Positions 55,102 through 64,000 of a stretch of 64,000 nucleotides of DNA are shown piece by piece. Origin of the DNA: Macrostomum hystrix. Taxonomy: Eukaryota > Animalia > Platyhelminthes. How positions within the stretch are numbered: position 1 is the stretch's first letter; the number at the start of each line of letters is the position of its first letter. The DNA lies in NCBI GenBank assembly GCA_950097015.1, contig CATNEN010000001.1, positions 7,316,001-7,380,000 on the forward strand. Direction: 5' to 3'. A program made the position numbers and the translations under genes. Below the pieces are notes generated by a model, which was not told where the DNA came from, did no database searches, and worked only from the letters and a program-made list of their open reading frames with translations.

Positions 55102-58100
55102 ATGGATGGATGGATTGATTAACTGGTTGATAGACTGATTGGTTGGCTTATCAATTTGTTGATTCAATGATTGATTGCTAGGTTAATCGATTAAATGAAC
55201 TATTGACAGATGGATGGATTGATTAATTAATTAATTCTCTTGACGATGATTTAGACTCACCAACAAAAGCCTGCGACGGATCGGCTAGCACTGTGGATGC
55301 CGGCTGAGCCAGTTGGATCAGTGCGGCCTCGGCCGCGGCCACCCTGGCCTCCTCGGTAGTCTGGGTGAAACGGAAGGCGCTGTATTGGCGCGGACCGCAG
55401 TTGCCAACATTGGCTAGCGTCACCTGGATGACAGGTAAGAGATAAGGGTGCAATTCTATACACTGCTGGATAAACAATGCCTGTAATAGTGGAGTGTGGG
55501 ATGTCTGTAGTAGTGGAGTGTGGGATGTCTGTAATAAGTGGATGAGGCGTGGGATGTCTGTAATAAGTGGATGAGGCGTGGGATGTCTGTAATAAGTGGA
55601 TGAGGCGTGGGATGTCTGTAATAAGTGGATGAGGCGTGGGATGTCTGTAATAAGTGGATGGAGTGTGGGATGTCTGTAATAGTGGAGTGTTGGATGTCTG
55701 TAGTAGTGTAGTGCGGGATATCTGTAATAAGTGGATGAGGTGTGGGATGTCTGTAATAAGTGGATGGAGTGTGGGATATCTGTAATGAGTGGATGGAGTG
55801 TGGGATGTCTGTAATAAGTGGATGGAGTGTGGGATATCTGTAATGAGTGGATGGAGTGTGGGATGTCTGTAATAAGTGGATGGAGTGTGGGATATCTGTA
55901 ATGAGTGGATGGAGTGTGGGATGTCTGTAATAAGTGGATGGAGTGTGGGATGTCTGTAATGAGTGGATGGAGTGTGGGATGTCTGTAATGAGTGGATGGA
56001 GTGTGGGATGTCTGTAATGAGTGGATGGAGTGTGGGATGTCTGTAATAAGTGGATGGAGTGTGGGATGTCTGTAATAGTGGAGTGTTGGATGTCTGTAGT
56101 AGTGTAGTGCGGGATATCTGTAATAAGTGGATGAGGTGTGGGATGTCTGTAATAAGTGGATGGAGTGTGGGATATCTGTAATGAGTGGATGGAGTGTGGG
56201 ATGTCTGTAATAAGTGGATGGAGTGTGGGATGTCTGTAATGAGTGGATGGAGTGTGGGATGTCTGTAATGAGTGGATGGAGTGTGGGATGTCTGTAATGA
56301 GTGGATGGAGTGTGGGATGTCTGTAATGAGTGGATGGAGTGTGGGATATCTGTAATGAGTGGATGGAGTGTGGGATGTCTGTAATAAGTGGATGGAGTGT
56401 GGGATATCTGTAATGAGTGGATGGAGTGTGGGATGTCTGTAATAAGTGGATGGAGTGTGGGATATCTGTAATGAGTGGATGGAGTGTGAGATGTCTGTAA
56501 TGAGTGGATGGAGTGTGAGATGTCTGTAATAAGTGGATGGAGTGTGAGATGTCTGTAATGAGTGGATGGAGTGTGAGATGTCTGTAATGAGTGGATGGAG
56601 TGTGAGATGTCTGTAATGAGTGGATGGAGTGTGGGATATCTGTAATGAGTGGATGGAGTGTGGGACGTCAGTACTCAGTCAATGGAGTGTGGTGGGCAGT
56701 GTTTTTCATGTCAGAAGAACATAATCTATACAAATTATTCATCAGATGAGTATAACTACAGATGTTTAAGGTAAGATGTCTGGTTCTAAAGTAGCTGGAA
56801 CAGGTGATGCAGTTTAGTTAGCCTGTTAAACGAATAAAGCTAGCGAGGCACACTCCTCGACAGAGTCCGAACCTTCTATTCCTGTGCTCAAATCTGCTAA
56901 TAGATAAGGCCGCAATAGGCTATAGAAAATCCATATTGATAAGCGCGCCCAACCTTAGCCAGCAAGCACAATACGCGCATTCTGCTTTGCTAACAAAACT
57001 TAGTTTTAGCTTCACTTACGAGGCAATTTATTTAGTCGGGGCCTCCATAGAGATAAGATAAGCATTTTATACCTATGAGTAGAGTTGCTTGACTCCATGC
57101 TTTCGCAAGTCATTCTTTGCTGGCTATTATTATTCGAACTGCAAACTAAGATATCTGTATCTATAAACCAAATATTCTTGAGACTTAACCCCCTAGCATT
57201 CTTGTTTTTGCTATAGAATGAATTGACTCCGATGCGACGCGAGTTTGACAATCGCTTTTAAAAGTTCGAATCGGAATGAATTATTAGACGAAATTGCTTA
57301 TTTCTTTAGAGGGAGAAATTTAGGTAAAAGAGGGAAGCGGAGAGTATGAAGGGGAGAGAAGTAAGGGGAGACAAGGAAGGGGAGAGAGGGGGAAGGGTGG
57401 CTGGAAGGGTAGAGAGGGAAGACGGAAAGGGAAGATAAAAAAGAAGAGAAACATGAAATGTGAGTTTTGATTAAGCCAACAATAAACTAAATTGAAGCAA
57501 TCTTACCCTGCCTAGAAACCAGTTACTCTTGGCTCCGGTGACAGTGTCCAACAGTTCGTGAGTCTGCACCTGATAGCTAGGCGGACAGAGGCCATTCCTG
57601 GCGCACAGATCGTCTAACAGCTGAGGGTAAAGATTTTGGGGGGGAAATATGCATGAGAAATATGTATGTATCTGAGAACATATTCGAATCATTTTGAGCA
57701 TGTATTGATACGAGTAAGCGTTATGAAATAAAACTAGGGGAAAACACAGCACAGCAATGCAGCATGGAAAAATTCAATCAATGCTGGGATAATAATTGGG
57801 GCCTAAAATGGGACTTGTGATTACAAGTAAAGCGCGCAATGAAAGCTAACTAATATGCGTCACACAGGCTGTTTGTGGTGGCTAGTGGAATGCAGTGTTT
57901 CTAAATTTGTTTGCGAGATTGCTTTTTGTCGCTGGTTGTGAAGCTGGTTGTGAAGCTGGTTGTGAAATTAGTTGTGAAGCTGGTTGTGAAGCTGGTTGTG
58001 AAATTAGTTGTGAAGCTGGTTGTGAAGCTCGTTATGAAGCTGGTTGTGAAGTTGGTTGTGAAGCTGGTTGTGAAATTAGTTGTGAAGCTGGTTGTGAAGC

Positions 58101-59681
58101 TCGTTATGAAGCTGGTTGTGAAGTTGGTTGTGAAGCTGGTTGTGAAGCTGGTTGTGAAGCTGGTTGTGAAGTTGGTTGCGAAGTTGGTTGTGGAGTTGGT
58201 TGTGAAGCTGGTTGTGAAGCTCGTTATGAAGCTGGTTGTGAAGTTGGTTGTGAAGCTGGTTGTGAAGCTGGTTGTGAAGTTGGTTGTGAAGCTGGTTGTG
58301 GAGTTGGTTGTATAGTTGGTTGTGAAGTTGGTTGTGAAAATAGTTGTCAAGCTGGTTGTGAAGCGGGATTACGAAGTTGGTTGTGAAGCTGGCTGTGAAG
58401 CTGGTTGTGAAGTTGGTTGTGAAATTAGTTGTGAAGCTGGTTGTGAAGCTGGCTGTGAAGCTGGTTGTGAAGCTAGTTGTGAAGTTGGTTATAAAGCTGG
58501 CTGTGAAGCTGGCTGTGAAGCTAGTTGTGAAGCTGGTTGTGAAGTTGGTCGTGACATTTCTGATTCAATCTTCGAGCTTGTGAAGTTTAAATGCTAGAGC
58601 TAGATTAGAATCAAAAGCGGACGCACTGCTTGCACAGGGTAGTTCATATGCAGTGATTGCGCGAGCAATTAAGTACTACACACGCATTATATATATAGGC
58701 CCACAAAACTGTTCAGCAATGAAATGAATATCATAGTCAGTTTAATCAATCCAGTGAATTTGCTACGAATCGAAGTTGAGAATTAATCAATATAATAATC
58801 AGGAGGCATAGTGCTCAGTGCTGTGAGTTGTGTTCCTGCTGGGCTTAGTACACCAAGGTTGAAAGCATAAAAAATCAATAGGTTACTAATATAAGCTCAC
58901 TACAGCTACAATTATGAGCGCGACAAACCTCAATTTTAGGATCGCTCCTTCGATTCATCTGAACAAATATAACAAAAGAATAAAAAACATACATTTGGTT
59001 ATCCGTTTTCGCTGCCACAGAATCATTGATAGTAATAAAAGTATTATAAAGTGTTCACAATTTGTGAATGTGTTTCATCAAGTTTCTGTTAGCATGGAAA
59101 ACAAAGCAACCAATTATTCTATTGGACGCAATCAATAGAATAAATCTATAAATATTTCATGTACCATCAATGTACATTATTTGACTGCATTGAGTGTCAA
59201 TTAACAAATGTATCAATAAAAATTTTAATTTCATGGTCTGTTAAACAATCTTTGTCTGAAAACCAAATTTTCTTTTAATTTGCGAAACAAATGACGATAG
59301 CCAAAAAAATCCGAAAATTGACTTAATTAAATGCATACTTTAACTCTTTTTATTAATCATTCAAACGAATGATTGAATTATGAATTGAGAAATTATTGAA
59401 ACAACATCAATTTATAAATTATTAAGATTGAAACACTGATAATTTCACTTTTTTCTGGTCACCTCGAGACACACAGCTCAACATGTCGCATCATGCTGCT
59501 GCTGCCGCTGCTGCTGAATGGCTAATTAGCCAATCAATCACTAATTGAACTTTGCTCAAAACGTGACCAACTGTGTTTGGGCAATGCCTACCCTAGAAAT
59601 TAAAGTAAATTTTAAAAAGTTGGTATTACAAAAGTTTCTAAACAAAGGAAACCATTTTCAAACATGAGGAAACTAGACCTC

Positions 59682-59717
<36 letters not shown>

Positions 59718-60975
59718 GTTAATAATAATAACTGCAGGAGGGCTGCGGGTTCTGCCCATTCCACTGACTCCTGAACACAAGCACACAGATACTGTACGCA
59801 GGCAAACGCTCACACAGGTGTGTGTACATCTGCCCTGACTTTCTCATCGTCAGGTGGTGTACACTCTAACTGTGCCTTGGAGGTTGGCCCTCAAGGGCGC
59901 AAATTGCACGGCAAGCCTCCAAGCCTTCTCTCCGCGGCTGCGCCCCAAATGAATGTGGCCTCGCCGCGGAATCGAGCTCAGGGACCTTGGCGTGAGAGGC
60001 AAACGTGTTAACCGCTCTGCCACCGACCCCCTAAACTGACCTCAATTGGGCATTCATGATTCCGAATCGTAAATAAAAAATTCAAATAGTAACTAGCGCC
60101 AGGCTTCGGACTGCTGACTGAGTATGAGGTCAGGAGTTCGAATCTCCTGTCCTTCAACAGGACACTTAACTTGATTTACGCCTCTGTACATTCAGCTGTA
60201 AAACGGGAAACAGCATTAGCTGGAGTAGAAATTTGGGTGGGCGTTGCGGCCGACCCCCAGCCCTATAGTCCATGGACTGAACACACGTACACAGGATTTG
60301 CAATAGCTGGGGCTTTGCTATACTGGCTGTACATCCGTCCTAACTAGATTAGTTTTTATTTCTTATTCTTATTTTTATCTAACAAATCAAGCTTCGCATG
60401 CTAATGGACAATAATGATAAGTAGCTGTACATTGGACTCTTAGATAAATAAAGGCATGATAAATAAGAATTTTCATTATTTTATATATGTGGGAGATTTT
60501 ATACGCAAAGAAATGATCTTCATCATTGGAACATGCTTTTTATTATCCGAATAGAAGTTAAGAGTAAAATGTGCCCTGTCTTAAGCAAGCAGGTAGGCTA
60601 TTGAATTCTTATTCAACTTATTGGACCGAAGAATGCTCAAATAATTGCTCACTTTTGCATGCCGAGTTTTATTATTGGTATGAAAACGGAAAATATACGC
60701 GAAAACCTTTTTACTGGTTGTCAACTGGTTGTCATGTTGTTACTAAATATTTATTTCGTAAAACCACAAATTAGCTCACCTCAGTGTGGGGCTTTTTATC
60801 CCTCAGGTAGCCTGGGATATTGTTGCCGCCGCGAAGGCTCCCGGCGGAGCGACTGCCGGCAGCGTTGCGCAACACTCGACCCCGATAGACCTGACCCCTG
60901 ACGGGACTGTCGGGACGGATTAGGGCCGCTCCGGCGAGCTGCTGCTGCTGCTGCTGCTGTTGCTGTTGTAGCAGT
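54531..60975 (-). CDS. 3' part of an A1CF/RBM46/RBM47-like RNA-binding protein (DND1-type dsRBD); upstream RRM exons not identified in this window
   Basis: Phase-consistent exons 60975-60780, 57620-57507, 55423-55261, 55048-54531; LLDDLCARNGLCPPSYQV...WFLGRVTL...FTQTTEEARVAAAEAALIQL resembles the A1CF C-terminal dsRBD; Gln/Ala-rich tail. Confidence 0.75.
55070..55225. repeat. degenerate (GATT)n microsatellite
   Basis: Visible, intronic. Confidence 0.75.
55480..56665. repeat. 29-bp minisatellite GTGGATGGAGTGTGGGATGTCTGTAATAA, intron of A1CF-like gene
   Basis: Visible tandem array. Confidence 0.97.
57930..58550. repeat. 12-bp minisatellite GCTGGTTGTGAA, intron of A1CF-like gene
   Basis: Visible tandem array. 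Confidence 0.95.
59685..60037 (-). mobile_element. SINE family A copy
   Basis: Near full length; (AAT)n tail; GACCTCAAT direct repeat at both flanks. Confidence 0.85.
60090..60380 (+). mobile_element. CORE-like SINE family B copy
   Basis: GAGTTCGAATC B box, GACACTTAAC...CAGCTGTAAAACGGG, CCATGGACTGAACA, (TTCTTA)n tail. Confidence 0.65.
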
Positions 60976-61004
60976 CTGGGGTAATGTTAAAAGTTTGTTA
61001 ACAT

Positions 61005-61295
61005 TATTAATAATTGCAGGAGGGCTGCGGGCAATGGCACATCATTTTGGTGACACTAGACCCGCAGCCAGCGAGTAGACTATTCTGCTCATTCCGCTGA
61101 CTTCTGAGCACATACTCACACAGGTGTGTATATCTGCCCTGACCTTTTAATCCCTTAAAGATTTAGATTGCGCAACAAGCTCCCCAAGCTTTAACTACGC
61201 GGCTGCGCCCTGAACTAATGTAGTTTCGCTGCGGAATCGAGCCCAGGGACCTTGGCGTGAGAGACAAACACGTCAAATTCCTCTGACCTGTCACC
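61005..61295 (-). mobile_element. SINE family A copy (diverged)
   Basis: GCAGGAGGGCTGCGGGCAATGGCACATC ... GCGGAATCGAGCCCAGGGACCTTGG homology. Confidence 0.8.
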
Positions 61296-63169
61296 CATTT
61301 GTACAAGGTAGTACGAGTACATTACGATTTTTATTTTAAATGGTGCTGATTTAAATTCATTCGTACGATTCACAATAGATTGTACATTTATTATCCCATA
61401 TTTTACAGAATGATTTCTTTTCCATATCTCAATTCCTTTATTATCATCGTAACAACGAAAAATTATATTTTTTGCCCCGACATCGAAGCTCTTGACTTAT
61501 AAACCTGAGAGAGATCTAGAGTTCGAATCTGGGACAGACAAAGTGTCTGAGAGTGTAATAACATCTTAATTCTTCAAGCACTTGGCTTAAAAAATCGGCT
61601 AATTTGTTGCGTCCGGCGTTTTGCCGCCTCTTGTTTCCAGTCTTTGCTGTTGCCTGTTCGATCGATACATTTTGGTGCGACGCAGAAGTAAAAAAAACAT
61701 GACCAAGTATAGAAGAATCAGGCTTAAGAAGTAGGCCGTCCACATGGAGTTATAGAGGGCTTGGATATAAGAACAGGTGTATATTATACTATTATAGTGA
61801 GTCTATGTTCTGCTGCGAGTGAAAGTGCGAACAGCATTTCTCATTTTGCGACACACCGCGGGGCAGAAAAAAAAAGAGCCAGAGAAAGAGAGAAGCGCAA
61901 TGAGCAAGAAAGAGACTGAAAAGGCGCAGCAAAAGGCCACCAGAAAAGAAGAAGACTCGAATACCTGGGCCGGGTGGTTAGTATTAGTTTAGGTCTAAAT
62001 TAGTGTGCTAATTTTATGCTAAAAACATGCGCCTTTTATAGAAAGAAAATGACTATAGAGCTTGTGCGACTGCGATAAGGAGACTCTGATCCGAGGGTTG
62101 TGGAAGAGGTAATTTAGAAGGCTTAACCAGCCAAAAGCAAAGCAACAACGTAGAAAAGAGTGTGTTAATTCGAGAAATTTGTCTCCGAAAGAGAATCTAA
62201 AGAAAGGAATAAGGGCCATGTTCAATGCCAGCATAGCAATCACCTGATATCTTAATACCTATATCGGTGTGTGTGCATGTTTATATTATAAATATTCAAG
62301 GATAGCTAGATTAAAGAACCAGAAAGGTTACAAGTTACACAAGAGCAATGGTCAGTCATTCAACAAGACAGAAGCAAACAAAAATCTATCCAACCCAGTC
62401 CTACCTGTATATTTAGTTTCAAAAGGTAGTGCGCTAACGAATTTCTCGATTACTTAAAGAATGTCTTTAATTTCTTCTTCTATAGGAAGGAGTAACCATG
62501 AAATGAAAACTGATAGGATAAGACCAGTCACATTAGAAATGCGTATATGATAATATTAAACTAGGGTTCATGCGACACGAATTTCTTGTTGCCTCTACTG
62601 AGCTTGTCTTCTGTTGAAGATAATACACTCACTGCATTGATTACTGGCATGCATTAATTAATTGTACAACTTCCGGTGCTACTTTACAATGGGGTCAATT
62701 CTTCCTCTGTAAAACCTGCCGGAGGTTTGATAGGCTAAGATATGCAAGAAATTTTATCTACTACTAGAGCTATTCTTATTAGTCAGAAGATTTGAAATTG
62801 TGACGTTCGCATATTTGAAAGCTGCGATGATATCACTACAATGCTATGCTACAATGCAGAACACACATGTGACACAAGTATTTGAATTCATTGTTTACTC
62901 CTAAAATTGTTCAGAAGGCTGCCAAAACTGAAAGAGCATTGTATAAACAATGACGCTTAGTATCTGATGCATAAATAACTAGCAGCTAAGCTGGTTCTGT
63001 ATAGGTTAGACTTAAAATTGATTTTCCTGCCAAAATTTTATACTGCTTTAGGAGTTCTAGAAAATACTAGAGTATTTTTATATAGGTCGATAAGACGAGT
63101 TGTTGTATTATTTTACTGTAAAAAAATCAACTGTACCTTACGTACGCCCCGCTGTACAGTTTTCAGATT

Positions 63170-64000
63170 TCACTCCCACGTTCTCACTCTAGACTCTCAC
63201 GTTCTCAATCTAGACTCTCACTTTCTCACTCTAGACTCTCACTTTCTCACTCTAGACTCTCACTTTCTCATTCTAGACTCTCACTTTCTCACTCTAGACT
63301 CTCACTTTCTCATTCTAGACTCTCACTTTCTCATTCTAGACTCTCACTTTCTCATTCTAGACTCTCACTTTCTCATTCTAGACTCTCACTTTCTCAATCT
63401 AGACTCTCACGTTCTCAATCTAGACTCTCACTTTCTCAATCTAGACTCTCACGTTCTCAATCTAGACTCTCACTTTCTCATTCTAGACTCTTACTTTCTC
63501 ACTCTAGAACAGGGGTCGGAAAACTCCGGCCCGCGGGCCAGATGCGGCCCTTGAAACTCCCAAATCCGGCCCGTTGCTCCTTCCGACACCTACAGTATCC
63601 TGTTTTATCTTTCCCCTGTCTCATCTATCCTGTCTCTCATCTCTCCTGTCTCTCATCTCTCCTGTGTCTCATCTCTACTTGGTCTCGTCTCTCCTGTGTC
63701 TCATTTCTAGTGTGTCTTATCTATTCTGTCTCAACTCTCCCCCCTATCTCATATTTCTACAGTCAATGCGGCCCGCTGTCGTCTTTTAGGTTCTCTCTTT
63801 GGCCCGCTAGCTAGTAAGTTTGCCGACCCCTGCTCTAGACTCTCACTTTCTCATTCTAGACTCTCACTTTCTCATTCTAGACTCTCACTTTCTCATTCTA
63901 GACTCTCACTTTCTCATTCTAGACTCTCACTTTCTCATTCTAGACTCTCACTTTCTTATTCTAGACTCTCACTTTCTCATTCTAGACTCTCACTTTCTCA
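63170..64000. repeat. 21-bp minisatellite TCTAGACTCTCACTTTCTCAT (interrupted by hAT MITE; runs off the window)
   Basis: Visible tandem array. Confidence 0.95.
63510..63832 (+). mobile_element. second copy of the hAT MITE, inserted in a 21-bp minisatellite
   Basis: TIR CAGGGGTCGGAAAACT / AGTTTGCCGACCCCTG; TSD CTCTAGAA/CTCTAGAC; same CCGGCCCGCGGGCCAGATGCGGCCC subterminal motif as the 13094 copy. Confidence 0.9.

Noticed and set aside
57895-58597. (CEAG)n metallothionein-like ORF
   Set aside because: 12-bp tandem repeat open in several frames, with a frameshift; intronic

Overview
Eukaryotic (metazoan) genomic DNA with spliceosomal introns. Short minimal introns, poly-Ala/Gln tracts and very high minisatellite content resemble a free-living flatworm such as Macrostomum (inference only). 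Plus strand: a tight MRPL21 - NDUFV2 - SLC35B1 cluster, and a TATA-driven gene, missed by the ORF track, encoding a 92-aa secreted six-cysteine WAP-like prepropeptide. Minus strand: the 3' part of an A1CF/RBM46/47-like RNA-binding protein, a complete 16-exon NALCN with an EKEE pore, MCM10 (6 exons) and a B-box/coiled-coil/NHL protein. Roughly a quarter of the window consists of about 24 different minisatellite arrays, mostly intronic; several share an AGTGAGG(T) core in the same orientation. Mobile DNA: two Buster-type hAT MITEs (one carrying a 46-bp fold-back micro-element), an EnSpm-like MITE, a truncated Gypsy integrase with PPT and LTR, tRNA-derived SINEs (one CORE-like family, one SINE nested in another) and a CCA-tailed tRNA-Leu 3' half. 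The most notable unexplained signals are sharply bounded CpG-depleted blocks just 5' of the lead gene of each co-oriented cluster (candidate operons with locally methylated first introns or outrons) and the intron-filling minisatellite system. All exon boundaries and counts were derived by eye.
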